A stretch of DNA of 64,000 bases from Takakia lepidozioides (lineage: Eukaryota; Plantae; Bryophyta). The stretch lies in NCBI GenBank assembly GCA_030704615.1, contig CM060732.1, positions 25,482,001 to 25,546,000 on the forward strand, read 5' to 3'. The notes beneath the pieces were generated by a model. The model did not search any database, was not told the DNA's origin, and saw only the letters and a list, made by a program, of their open reading frames with translations. Shown here in pieces: positions 12,043 to 25,600 of this stretch. Position numbers and translations under genes: made by a program. Every line of letters begins with the position of its first letter. Position 1 is the first letter of the stretch.

Positions 12043-13458
12043 ACCACCTGTGATCTCAACCGTCGGCGTTATGTCGCATCCGACGGTTTGAGGCCTCGAT
12101 GCATGGATGAATGAAAGGCGGGATGCTTCCCAACGGTTCGCTGAGGACCCCTAAATTTATGCAGGTACAATCAATGATGCGACATGACTGTTAGTAATGA
12201 ATGGACTCCACTAGTTTGTCCAGAGCGTTACGGCGCGGCAATCCGACGCCTTCATAAAGTGAGCACCCTGGAATTATTGTGGGTTCCCGTGACGGCGCTC
12301 ATCCATGAGGGGAGTTGAATCATCCACTAGGGCAGTCATCTCATCCAGTATATGTCTGTTTCATCCGTGAAGGCTCTTATTTCATCCAATGATAAAATAT
12401 TATTCATAGGTTCAATGATGAGGTGTCGGGACGTGCATCTGGGATTTGATCGGTCTCACGTTTTCTCTACCTACACCTCATCTACGGCCCCACGTTCATT
12501 GCGGCTACTTAATGTCACCTTGCCATAGATGGCCGCCGGCTCATCAAAATGGCCTTAAGAGACGGCCACTTTCGTCGCCGACTATTCCTTCTCTTGTATC
12601 ATTAATTCAACATTGGATTTGCTGCTTCTCTGGTGCTTTGGATGTCAGATTCCATATCTCAAATCAGTTAGTTATTCGCATTGGTCGCAATAACTTATGG
12701 ACCCATTAATGTTCGGAGGATTTCAGACTCCTACTTGAATTATGCTCTGGAGGACACATAATAGCCACTAGATTACACGAAAGAGCATATCCATGGCGAC
12801 AATTTGTCGATCCATGACACTCCAAACGCACCTCTGTAATGTGAACACGTCGACCTCATACTGTTTGACAATCCGTATAAGAGCTTGCCCTGTGCACGCA
12901 TGCCATTTTTTCCCTCTCAGTTGCTCTGGCTCGCTAATCTTTAGGATTGTTTGTTTTACGTTCATTCTTCCCTTTGTACTCCTGTCAATATTGAGAGCCT
13001 CTCCACTTCATCTGAGTTTCTCTTCTGTCTGATCTCTTCTCCTCTGTTCCCATCCACTGTCTGCAAAGATCTTACATACACACCCGACCGTTTTATGTAC
13101 TTCGAATGATCACTCGCACTAAAGCTGTTTCGTTCATCCGTGTTTTCATTTATTCATCCATTTTCTTACTTGTCATCCGAAACTCGTCTACTATTATTCA
13201 TCCGTGCTTCATTTCATCCATCAGAACCACTCGCAAACGCCCGTCGATGTGGTTCTATTTCTGTTATGGAGTCGTAGACAATGTTGTGCATTCGGGTCGT
13301 AGCTTTAGCACATCCTTTAATTTTCTACAAATTTCTGTTTTGACCAATAGAGACCTACGTTCTATATTCTAGTACACAATCCGAGAGTCTGAGTTCTATT
13401 TTCAATTTCCAAATCATTATAATCCTAAACGCAGGCGATCGCGCGAGGTTCCTTTTCA

Positions 13459-13646
13459 TTGTCGTGCGCATACATATCGCTACACAACTACATCGCTGTC
13501 CAAAACCACACAACACATATGCACGCCACACACTAGTATACCACTAGTCCACCACTAGTCCAACCACTAGGCTACAACTAGTCAGTCACTAGGCTGCCAC
13601 TATGCTGCCCACTATGGCAGTCACTAGTCCACACAATCGCCCCCTA
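13459..13646 (-). mobile_element. Polypurine tract and start of the 3' LTR of the DNMT-PHD Gypsy element
   Basis: On the minus strand, AGGGGGCGAT is directly followed by TGTGTGGACTAG (LTR start at 13636), ~250 bp after the PHD ORF. 13459-13636 matches 56380-56673, including CCACTAGT repeats. The far LTR end is unresolved. Confidence 0.7.
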
Positions 13647-13894
13647 GCTGGTGCTTAGGTCCCTCTAAGTCCAGGTAGCCACAAGATGTGATAGTGACCA
13701 TAGCCTCACTAAGTCCTCCACCACTGTCCCTACTACACTCAAACTCGATAGATCAAGAGGCCGGGTGCAAGAGTTGCCCCATCGTTAGTCGCCATCTTGC
13801 AACCTGTGAACTTGAGCATGGGATCTCGTGTATTGACTCTTATGAGCTTGGCCTCCCATGTCTTGTTAGCTACCTCTAGTCATGTCCACTGCCA

Positions 13895-14182
13895 CTATCC
13901 CAAGCAGTGTGGACATAACCAATCTCCATCAGGAACCCTCTCAAGAGGTGGTGTCAAGCATCCCATATGCCAACCTCTTGAACATCGATCACACACCAAC
14001 ATGGTGGCTGCCCCTTTGGCAGACCCACAGAGCATGCACCTCAAACCTGCAGGTACCACTGCCAAGTTTGGGTCAACTCTGCCATCGACATTGGGAAGGT
14101 GACATGGCGCACAATTACGCACATGGTCTTTCCAAGTCATGCCATCTCGACCCTCCAAGATCAAGACTCCTGATGGCAACAC
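13895..14182 (-). CDS. PHD finger (C4HC3) at the integrase C-terminus, after a GPY/F-like region
   Basis: CMLC...MLVCDRCSRGWHMGCLTPPLERVPDGDWLCPHC. Confidence 0.92.
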   Translation of the reverse strand: MLPSGVLILEGRDGMTWKDHVRNCAPCHLPNVDGRVDPNLAVVPAGLRCMLCGSAKGAATMLVCDRCSRGWHMGCLTPPLERVPDGDWLCPHCLG

Positions 14183-14185
14183 CTC

Positions 14186-15475
14186 TCAAACCCTCAGAAT
14201 AACATGCCCTGCAGTGACATCCAGGGTCGTAGGAGCAGTCTGCTGCAAATAAACATAGTCACCCGGGCTAAACCGCCGAACCCCAGGACGATATCCTCCA
14301 CCACGTATAGTGGCATACCTCAACGTATCACGGTGTTGTGCAATGGCAAGGTTCTCAAAAACCATGGGCATGACTTTCTTGAACAACTCTACACGCTGAT
14401 CACATGCATGTACCCACACGTCCGGATCGTCAAGGTTAAGGACTTGAGCAGTGTCCCTACGAATGGCTGCAGGCAAATCTGGCTCTCGGCCAAAGATAAG
14501 GAAATATGGTGAGAAGGAGGCAAGTGATGCTTGTTTGCTGAACCTGTAGCCCATGGCTAACCAAGGCACCTGAAGATCCCAATCTCCTAGGTGTCCCTTC
14601 TGCAAGCCATACTTGCGCAAACCCTTCTTCACCGTCTGAACAACTCTCTCTGCCAAGCCATTGGCCTCAGGATGATCCCGAGAAGTGGTGCGGTGGTCTA
14701 TCAAGGCTTTATCACACAAAACCTGAAACTCCCCCAAGAACTTTCTCCCTTGGTCCGTGAGTACCTCAGCTGGAGCACCGAATCGGCTAAGCACACGATC
14801 CAATAATGCATACGCAGCCCCCTCACTAGCCTTGTCAGACAATGGAACCAACTCAATCCACTTGGAGAAGTGCTCCACCATCACCAACACATATCTGTGA
14901 TGGCGCATAGTCAGCGGCAACGGTCCTGCAAAGTCAAGACTCCACCTGTAACCCAATCCCATGATTGATAAAGGATGCAACTGTGGTGTAGGGGCGTTGA
15001 ATGAAGCACGCACCCTGTCACACACCATGCACCTAGCCACGAACTATTGCACCTCTGTATGCATACCACGCCACCAATACTGTCCCTGCAGTAAACTATG
15101 AGTGCGTCGCATTCCAAAATGCCCCATCTCCTCATGGGCATGCCGCACTAACCGTGCACGCTGTGTGGGGTGAGGCACAATCCTCACCCGACCATCCTCC
15201 CATACTCGGAGTAGGTGTATCCCCTCCCACTTGAACCTCTTGGCTCGTTGCAGAATCCGATCCCTCTCCTTGGCAGTCACAGTAGCTGTCGTGTCTCCAG
15301 TACGGAGGTAGTCCAACACAGCCGAATCCTCATGTATATCTCTGGTACCACCTAGCTCATCACTAGCCTCAGGGTCCTTAGACACTCCGTCTACAGTCAT
15401 CCATGTTGTAGGTCCAACCTGATCTCCCGATGCCAAGATACACAAAAATATAGATGCGTGCCATCCCGGCACCAT
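14186..15475 (-). pseudogene. Gypsy integrase (HHCC zinc finger + DDE core), premature stop at 15044
   Basis: HEEMGHFG...YWWRGM...CMVC; WSLDFAGPLP; VMVEHFSKW; VLTDQGRKF; HPEANGLAERVVQTVK; SPYFLIFGREP. Confidence 0.93.
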
Positions 15476-15529
15476 CTCCTCGTCCGTCTCACCATGTCAC
15501 CGAGCTCCAGTGTCATCCTGCTGGCTCGT

Positions 15530-16393
15530 GCATGGATTGCGACTCAATCCATCCGCATCCCGATTGACCAAACCCGATCAATGCACAACCTGAAAGTCAT
15601 ACTCTTGGAGTACAAGTGCCCACCATACAAGCTTCCCCGTAAGCTTGTCTGACTCCATCAACCACTTGAGTGGCTGGTGATCCGTGACAAAGGTGAAGAG
15701 ATTGCCGTATAGATAGCACCTGAAGTGTGCCACGGCCCACACTGCAGCTAAGCATTCCCCCTCATATGAGCTATACTTAGACTCTGCAGCGTTGTTCGAC
15801 GTTGATCGAAAAAATGGAAACCGATAAATGTTCGTATCACTATTTTTTTTTATGGATTACCGGGCACGTGGAATGAAGTGCGTGATGATGTGGCTTATCT
15901 CAGTGCGCTCTGGAGTTATTAACATCGCAGACGACGGGATGATGGCGGGTCAACCCTTGTTGTAGTAAGGTATCCATGTGGGAATTAATGACGAAGATGC
16001 AAAGGAGTATCTCACCCCAACATCCTTTGAGTTTGATGTTATCAAATTTCGCCGTTTGTTACTTCGCTAGCATAAGCCACTACGAACTCTCTTCCTTTAT
16101 CATCCACCTGTGTGAGCACCGCTCCAAGCCCCAGCATGCTCCAATCCGTATGCAGCTGAAAGGGACGCCCCCTGATAGGTCATCTCAGGATAGGCGCCGA
16201 AGTCAACCTCGCCTTGAGCTCTTGAAAAGCACGTTCCTGCTTATCTTCCCACTGCCACTCCTGGTCCACCTTGGTCAGCTTGGTTAGAGCCTTTGCAATG
16301 ACACTAAATCCCTTGACAAACCGTCTATAATAGTTTGCCAACCCCATGAAAGCTCAAACTCGGCTCACATCCGTGGGGTGTGGAATTTGTGCA
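15530..16393 (-). pseudogene. Gypsy RT connection + RNase H, interrupted by a ~265-bp insertion
   Basis: Manual translation: AQIPHPTDV..AFMGLANYYRRFVKGFSVIAKAL...FQLHTDWSMLGLGAVLTQ...VVAYAS | SNNAAESKYSSYEGECLAAVWAVAHFRCYLYG..F.FVTDHQPL...NRDADGLSR. Confidence 0.88.
15801..16065. other. Unidentified ~265-bp insertion in RNase H
   Basis: Separates VVAYAS from (R)SNNAAE. No TSD or TIR recognised. Confidence 0.6.
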
Positions 16394-18138
16394 GGGTCAA
16401 AGCATGCTACGGTCCACCCAAAATGGACGTCCCAAGCTCTCTGCGAATGCAGTGCCACATAGAAGGACTGATATGGATGTTGGATATAAGTGCATTTTGA
16501 AAGTTTAGACATGAGTCATTGATCCTTATTCTGTGTTGAAAACAACGGTGGTTTTCTTTTTGGAATCCATGGAGATTTGAGCATTGAATGAAGTCCAAAT
16601 GTAAAAGTATGTATGATGTCCAAAGTAAGGTTGTGGACTATATGAAATCAATTGGAGTGGTGGAAAACTTCAATTCACATAGGGATTTTATTGTCCAGTA
16701 GGAAGGTCACCGTTATACGTGGAAACCACAATGTAGCCCTTAGAATTAGTTTATGAGATATGTGAGAAATTTTCAAAATCTATCATTTTATCTTGGAACA
16801 TCCTAATTCATTAGACCTTCTTCCATTCATTTTCATGCTATGGTCCTTTCATAAGAAGTGTAACTTTCAAGACTCCCTAAGGCACTTTACAATGATATGG
16901 AGGTTTTTATGAAGGAATGAACTGCTTGATGATTTTTCATGAAGAGAGTTACATTGGTGTATATTTTGGAAAATCTAGAAAATAATGTAACATTCACATA
17001 AAAGTAAAGGGGTTGCAGGAGACACTAAAGGTTGCTACGTATGCCATTTTGGTGAAAAAAGCTAAGTCGTTCGAGCTGCCTACCGTGAGATATGGACTGC
17101 GCGGCTGCGTCCGCCATGGATGCTGCATGAAAAGCTTCAAGACAACAGTCTCGCGCATGGAGTGTGCGAGACGGCGGGTCACCCGTCGCCGGGTGGTCTG
17201 TCAACGTAGATTTTCAAAATGTCTGCGTGTTTGCAAGTGTGGCCCATACACCTTTGCCCTAATGGCCTAACGTTCTACTCGTGCTATCGATCTTCTTTCT
17301 CATATTTTTGAGTGTGCAGAGATAGCCATGCATGATATGCTTTCAGTTGTTATGTAATGCAGTAGAGCGCACAACAGCCTGGAACACGTTGGATACGGGG
17401 TGCGACACGGGCAGTATTGGCGTGCAACCTCGCCATTTCCGTATCTTCGTGCAACCTGGCCATTTCCTCCAGCATTCGGGTGTTTGGTTTTGCTCTTGTC
17501 GTACTCACTATGCACGCACATTCATTTGTCTATGTTGCTCACCTGAGTTCCAAGAAAGTGCCCTGTGTAGTATTTATATGATACATGTGTGAGTTTTGGA
17601 GGTTGCAATCTTTGTATAGTGATAACTAGCTGTAAGTGGTATTGTGTTTGCGTTTGTGAGGGTCACAATCTGAACCATATCAGCCCCATCTACTAGCTCA
17701 AGTCTTGGGTACGCAAGCTGCTTGTAGGTCGCGTGCACTTCAATCGCAGCAGCGTAGCTACGGCGTGAGCCCAGCCCCGTGAGCCTGGCAGCTGAGCTCA
17801 CGCTTCAGGGAAGCGTGAGCGGCATGAATCTGCTGGAGAAGCAGGTCCTATAGGCGAGGATTGCAGGAAGAGGGCCTATTACCGTGGACAAAACAAAGGA
17901 GGCCACCATGCACCATGTCTGCAATGCGTGCCAAAAAAGAGGAATATGTAAATATGGCAGATTTGAGCTCAGAATGATTGACACAGTTTATTTCAATTCA
18001 CAGAGAGACGCTTACAATGAATCGCAAGTGCATTTGCCCTGGTTCCGTGAACGAAATGTATATGTTTGTCATAAAATGAAAAGTCTTCACACGGCAACCT
18101 GGAAACCAGCATGGGAAGCGGGCATGGCTCGTATGTGT

Positions 18139-21100
18139 TCAAAGAGAAGTTGGCGGAGCTCTACGCGAGGTGTCCCGCTGCAGAAGGGTGATGACTTCTC
18201 CGTAGCCTAGTGTGGCTTGGTGAATGAATTGGTCTCTCTTACCGTCGCAACACATAATTACAAGGTATATGTAATATTGATGCTTGCAGGGGACCCACTT
18301 CCCTCTCATGCCGAGAGCGCCCTCACGCATTGTTACAAAATCCGGACAAGTGCACGATGGGAAATTCCTGATGGTAACCTGATATTCTTTGGCATGAAGA
18401 ACTGAGCCAATTGACAGCACTGTGTAAATCCGTCCATACCCCGGGGAAGGGACTTCGGTGATACGAGTCACCCTAGCCTGCAAAATTCTAGCCGATTCCA
18501 TCTTGCATTCGTGATCTGCACCCGAAGCAACACGGCGCACTGTTTTTCCATCTCTTTTTGTTGGGTGGGAGTCGGCACCGGGTGGAGGCATTGTCGGAGC
18601 ATGTGGCACATCTGTGCCGACAGTGCATAAGGGCACCACCCGGGACCGTGCAAGACAAAACCCTCCCTCCTCCAGCATGCTTATCTCGGTTGAGGACAGC
18701 GATGTCCCAATTTTCACAGGCCAAATTGCGGGGGGAGGGGGCTTCATTATCACGGAAGGACGAATTGTTCCCTTCACGCATCGTGCCATATCGTCTGGGC
18801 AGAACCAAAACTTGTGCTCTTTTGACTCCCCACTATGGTAAGGTCGGAACAACCCTGTGAATGTTGGAGCTGGAGTCCCCCTGGAGCCTTTGCATATTTT
18901 TGATTTGCATTTCTTGAATGAGGGGGTCCGAATTGCCATGCAAGCCACTCTAGATCCCGGTGGGGTGCGTTCTATATGCCAGTCACTATCAATGCAATCA
19001 GATTCCTGCACCATGGCCACCACCTCCTCCAATGGGATTTCCGCTGCTATGCTTGCATGTTCTGCACCTGCTCCACAGGAGGAGGACCCACCTGGGAAGG
19101 GGCCGGCACAGGACTTAGTCTGCACTGGAGACACCTTTGGCACAGAGAAATTGACCCTGTCTGGCCTATGGGAATCTCCATCTGACCCTGGAAGAGTGTT
19201 TAATTTCCTTTGCATGATCCAAATCTTTCCTCGCCTTCCAAATGGGGGAGCCTGGATTGCAGAGGGGAGCCTTCAGTGCACCTGTTTAGAGCTCTGGCCA
19301 TCTTTGACGGGTCTCCGGACCTACTCGCAGCCCTTAGCATCAACAAAGTCGTATCGGGGCCCTTCCCTCCACCCCGTCCCATCAGAAAATTGCGGTACCT
19401 GGTTTGTTGTGTAAGTGCCCGCACCATGTCATCAGCAGTGGCCACATACAAGTCACGACCTGCTTTGGTAGACTGTTGCATCCAGGCGTTGTGAACAGTC
19501 TCTGCCAAATTACACGATGGCATGTCGGCCAAGTCCTCCAAGGACATGTCCTGCAGGAGGCATTGCATGGAAATGTGAGGAAGGAAAAGAAATGGTAGAG
19601 GTTCTTCAAGTGACAATCGAACAACCCCAAATGAACAGGCACGATGCAAAGTGCAATTTGTGTTTAAGGAAAACTTGTGAGGCTTACCGTCGTCATGAAA
19701 GCTCCCCACTGTCTGTACCTGAAGTGCCAGAAAACCAACCAGTCCTCCAACTCCTTCAGGTGGATACCTGTAGCAGCACCAGAGGAGAACCACCAAGCCC
19801 GGATTGCCTGGTAAGTGCTCTCAGCTTCTCCCATTGAGGTGGCATTCTTGTACTTCAGACAGAGCCTTCTATGCTCCAACTGAAGGTCAGGGCGAATGCA
19901 GCGCTTTGTATGACGTGCCAGAGATTGACTCCAATGGAAGAGGCATGTGCGCTCCCTATTTTCCATTGGGACCCTAGGATCCCCCGAACCAAACACGCGC
20001 CGCACTGCATTGAAATTTGCCTGTGCACTATCAGCCATGAAGCCCGCAAAATTTGTGTTCTGTATTCCATTGCGCTGCATGACGGCCAGGAGGGAATTCC
20101 ACATGAGCATCTGGGATTCAGTGTCCTCCGACTGCATATCACAAATTGCTATGGAGAGCACACGCTGGTACGCTGGATCATACACATGGCACGCCATGGT
20201 TGTCCAACCCTTCACCCGTTTGCAGTGATCAAACATTAACCAACATTTAGCCAAATCTCCTCCAGGTTGCATTCGGCGGACAATGCTCACACCACTGCCT
20301 TGGCCCACAGCGGACATCTTGAACAAATACACTTTGGACGAGCCCTGGCCAGGGAACATACTGTTTTGAATGAATTCATAGCGACTCCTCCGTTTGAGGT
20401 CCATAATGTTGTCCATGAATCCAGCAGTGCCTGTGCCCATTCTGAGTGCATTCACCTGGTTTCGAATATTGGGAGAGCTCAACACGGAGAAATGGTCCAT
20501 GACTGCCTCAAGGGAATCTGCATCCAGCATTGGCTGTGTCGCATCCCCTTCACCCAGTATGTGTTTTTCCAGGAATGCCTTGCTAGCTGCAAGCGCTATA
20601 GCAGAAGGTGTTGCACAAGGGGCATTGTGGAACTCTTGCTTCAGTAGATTTCTAGCGATGTCCACGCTATCCCTGCAACTCCCTTTGGACACAGGATGCT
20701 CGTGTGCACCCATATGAATGCAGGCACGAGTCATTGTCTTGCATCGATGTGCCACCTGATACATACGAGCGTGACAAACAGAAACACAGGACGGGGAAAG
20801 TTTGCAGAACCTGCACACAAAAGTATTGGTCTTGGGAGGTGCAAGCCCTGGGGTGAAAGGATTCAGGGGCACACCTTCCCACTCACTTTCGTTTGGCTGA
20901 GCGCTGTTTCTCAGCCGAGGGCAAGAAATATTCAGGCACTTGCAATGCCCAACGCAAACCGACCTCCGAAATTTCAAGCCAATGTCGTTATGGATGTTCG
21001 ACGTTTTTGTCCTGCACCAAGGATGTCCGTCATGTTTCTTGTCCATGCCCTGCAGAAGCCCAGCCAGTCCACTGGAAGACGTGGGAGGGTTGAGCTCAAA

Positions 21101-21720
21101 CAAGATGTCCCCATCAAACTGAGCTGGCACGTATTGAACCCGTTGCACTGGAAGGGACTCCCAATCAACAAAACGTAGCTCGCTCTTGCACCCAGGCACA
21201 CCTGCGAGGGCTTTCAATTTTGGAATGACACTTGTATCTCTTGCAATTCGTCATCATGCAATAAGGGAGTTTGCACTGGCGGAGGAATCTCAGAAACATC
21301 CTCCGAGGACGAGTCCGAAAGAGTCACGAAGGTAGTGGATGTGCTCACCTCTTGTTTCACAGGAACTGTGCCTTCTGTTGCACGACCGATGCTGCAGTGC
21401 CAGGGGTAACGACTGATCCTGCTGATTGTCTTCTCTCTTTTCCAAGGACACGGTATGTTCCTGGAAGGACTCTCCACTTCCTTCCACACTCGCCAACCAA
21501 GGGTTTCTCCAAGTGCCCAGAATCCAAATTCCCATCATCGTCATACACCTCTTTCTGAACAAGCAGAGAACCCAACTCCAGCGGGAACACTGTAACCAGC
21601 TCATCCTCATGAACAACTGCATACCCATCGTCGTCTGCAGTGGCAGTCAGTGGAAGAGTACGTGCATTGGAATGGAATCGAGCGAGTGCATCTCGCTCCC
21701 TCGACATGTTTTCCATCACT
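18139..21720 (-). pseudogene. Mutator-like transposase: GCM/WRKY-type Zn domain + DDE core + SWIM finger; one intron, frameshifts
   Basis: DGHPWCRTKT..CVGHCKC...CP..CRFC..C..HMGAHEH; MFDHCKR; FMADSAQAN; CLFHW (CxxH); NLAETVHN; SWIM CTCPDF...PCKH. Intron ~19551-19687 (GTAAGC...CAG). Confidence 0.85.
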
Positions 21721-22650
21721 GAACGAAACTGGCGATTCAGAACGGAATCCCCGAACTGAGAGCCCGTAATTATCGAAAGTGGAAATACCACCAGCAAACT
21801 GAGGTCAACAAGGGTAGCACCAAACCAAAGGCTGCCGGCGATGCATGCCAAGGATGTAGGGATGACGTGCACCTTCACCTCCCACCAACCAGAAAAAACC
21901 GTTTTGAAAGACCAGAGCCACAAGAAGCCGTGCTGTTTTTGGATGGAAAACAAACCCTGAAAATGACATGAAACCATCCATTATGAAATGATGGCAACAA
22001 CCCTGGAGAGCAGTAAACAGGAAGATCCGATTGTAATGAGATTGTGTTGCGCCAGAATAGCACAGAACAAACACTGACACTCCAAGAGATACCTCGCACG
22101 AATGTGTGCAACACATGGTCATATCCGACAAAATCCTTTATACCGAATGACCCCATGGGGACGGTCACGGCATAAAAAAAACCACAGGGCATGCAGTACA
22201 ACACACGTGGATGCATATGTGAAGCATAACAATTATTGCGAATCTGGAAGAACTGCTCGGAATTGAAAAAGCACTACATTTCTACGGCACATTCGAATTT
22301 GAAAGAAGGCAAGAAGGCCGCCATGTATTGGCAGGCGGCGAAGTACATCTGACATATATTGCAAATGCATGCAACGGATGTTCTTTTTCTTTGGCGCTTT
22401 ATTAGCTGGGTAATACAAAGACGCCAAAATGGATGAATTCCGTTCGCACACAATATCAACACCCGCATCCAAATACGGTTGACAACGTCCATTTTTATTT
22501 TTGTTACATGCGATACCAGGACTTGTTGCAAACGTCAAACTGGAGAGCTCCAGGGGCATCGTGGGGAGCCCTTGTTTCCAGCGGAGGAGAAAGAGAAGGA
22601 AGTCATTATACTTCACGAGTTCTAGAAACAGGAATAGAGCTAGATATAGA

Positions 22651-25600
22651 ATGAGGATGGAAATAGTGGAGGAAGAGGAAAAGGAGGAAGAAGAGGGAAT
22701 ACAGGAAAGTGTGGCGATGGAGGAGCAGGAATCTGGAGAAGAACAACAACCCAACATAGTTCCAGGAACAGGCGAGGAGGACACTGCGTCTGAGGGAGAG
22801 ACAGACGACATGGAGGAAGATGTTGACACTGGCCTCACGAAGACTCTGACCACGGGAAAGAGGAAGGGGGAGAGGCTCACCTACATAGTCGGCGAAGAGA
22901 GCAACCCGAAGCGGAAAGGGTCCCCGGCAACTGGGGAGTCTTCTCGAGTACCTACGAAAAAGGTAAAATCTACAGGACCCACATTTGTGAAGAATTCGGC
23001 TTTCAATGGCAGGTATTTGAGAAAGAAAGAACCATTCAGTGGCAGCTCAATAGTGTGCGTGCCGCACACTGTTTGAGCTGCACAAGTCACTGTTTAAGGG
23101 TGCAAAATTCTTCCTTCAACGACACCTTTCTGAGGATGAAATGAACCCCGCACTTCAACTCAAACAGTGTGCGGCAACGCACACTGTTTGAGCAAGTCTT
23201 CTCAATGTTTTTAGGGTGCAAAATTTGGCCTTGGAGTCAGTTATCTGCGGGTGAAATGAACCCTTCACTGCCAGCCCAAACAGTGTGCGGCAACGCACAA
23301 TGTTTGAGCTGAACATTTCAATGTTTTAGGGTGCGAAATTTGGACTTCAGGGGCACCTTTCTGAGGATGGAATGAACCCTGCACTGCCAGCTCAAACAGT
23401 GTGCGGCAACGCACACTGTTTGAGCTGAACATTTCAATGTTTTAGGGTGCAAAATTTGGACTGCAGGGGCACCTATGTAAGGATGAAATGAACCTTTCAC
23501 TGTCAGCCCAAACAGTGTGCGGCAACGCACACTGTTTTGAGCTGAACATTTCAATGTTTTAGGGTGCAAAATTTGGTCTTGCTGTCTGTTATCTGAGGGT
23601 GAAATGAACCCTTCACTGCCAGCTCAGACAGTGGTGCGGCAACGCACACTGTTTGAGCTGAACATTTCAATGTTTTAGGGTGCAAAATTTGGACTGCAGG
23701 GGCACCTATGTAAGGATGAAATGAACCTTTCACTGTCAGCCCAAACAGTGTGCGGCAACGCACACTGTTTGAGCTGAACATTTCAATGTTTTAGGGTGCA
23801 AAATTTGGTCTTGCTGTCTGTTATCTGAGGGTGAAATGAACCCTTCACTGCCAGCTCAGACAGTGTGCGGCAACGCACACTGTTTGAGCTGAACATTTCA
23901 ATGTTTTAGGGTGCAAAATTTGGTCTTGCTGTCTGTTATCTTAGGGTGAAATGAACCCTTCACTGCCAGCTCAGACAGTGTGCGGCAACACACACTGTTT
24001 GAGCTGAACATTTCAATGTTTCAGGGTGCAAAATTTGGACTTCAGGGGCACCTATAATAGGATGAAATGAACCCTTCACTGTCACCCCAAGCAGTGTGCG
24101 GCAACGCACACTGTTTGAGCTGAACATTTCAATGTTTCTGGGTGCAAAATTTGGACTTCAGGGTGACCTGTTTGAGGATGAAATGAACCCTTCACTGTCA
24201 GCCCAAACAGTGTGCGGCAACGCACACTGTTTGAGCTGAACATGTCAATGTTTTAGGGTGCAAAATTTGGTCTTGCTGTCTGTTATCTGAGGGTGATGTA
24301 GTGTGAATGAAGGGGAGTAACATTGAAAATTTTGTTGGGAATCAAATTACGGCATTGGTGAAGAAGGGAGTGCCTGGTACTAATGTCAGGAGGGAATTAC
24401 CCAGGCCTACAGGTAATTCCATGGGAACACTATGCTCTTGCTCTGCCAGGACAAAATATGGCTAAGTCATAACATGCGCATTTTCATCCTTGGAATGAAT
24501 GATTTTCGTCGCGTATGTTTAACCTAGAAACTCGAGCTGAGGAAAACGAGGAGGAAGACGACGGGCAACTCTTCACAGCTGCTGCCGTAGTGTTGTCAGG
24601 CAGGCTGGCTTGGGAACTTACACCTGCACCATGTGAATCGGCTTGCCTTAAAGCGCGACGTTAAGGGATCTGCTTGGCATTTTGTGCAAAGAGAAGCGGT
24701 GCCTCTTTCTGCGTGGTGATAATCAATTTTGAAAGCTGAGCAGGTGCTAAGAGCGGTGCACTACCGCTGCCGCCATTGTCTTGAAGAGTACAGTTATGAG
24801 GAGATGGAGCGCAACAACAGCTGTTGGGGAATGAGAAGTGCAGCTGGTGTGGATGCGACTCAGGTCATCTGTAATTAAAACTTGTAGTAGCCTTCTGTCT
24901 TAGAGCTGTAGGAGCACATCAATCCTTAGGGCAGAAGTACACATGTAGAGGGATAGGGTAGAGGTTGGCAAGCACAAGGATGTTGCCAGCTGATGAAGCA
25001 AGCCGTCATGACATGATGAGAACTGGAATCAAGATGAGGAGAAGCGTTGAATATGGCTGATGACAGCGATGGTGAGGTGCCAGCTTGGCAGGCAGAACCA
25101 CCGCTTCACACGAGTATAAGACAGATAAGTTCTAAGAGTGTTGGCTTCTCTTTTTGGCACTTAGGAATGACTTTGTGAAGTTTTTGGAACTGTCTCTTGT
25201 ATCTGCTGAAGGGGACAGAAATGTGAGGAGTAGAAAAGCCCTTTGAAAATGGAATGAAGACACTGGAATTCAAACCAGGATAGGGTGGAGATGGATGCAC
25301 CTGTTGTTACACTGTCATTAGGAAAAAGAGAGAGGGGACAAGGATAGCTCACATCAGGGTCAGAATGGTTGCTATTGTTGTGTTCCTTTTCTTTATTTTC
25401 AGTGTCTTCAGCCAGCATAAGCAAAACAGCCCTGGATGTTAAAACAGTGGAGCCAGTGTAGAACTAGCTTTGTGGATAAAGGAGAACAGGGATGGTCAGA
25501 CAGAAACGGATTTGAAGAACTGAGAGGGATGACGTGGATGGGGAAGAAAAGTCAATACTGTCTTGGGGTTTGGATCTGATTTATAGAAGTGTTCTCAACA

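Noticed and set aside
18217-21558. Plus-strand ORFs overlapping the transposase (likewise 57647-61212 and 49446-53258)
   Set aside because: Antisense shadow ORFs of recognisable minus-strand TE genes, with no independent motifs.
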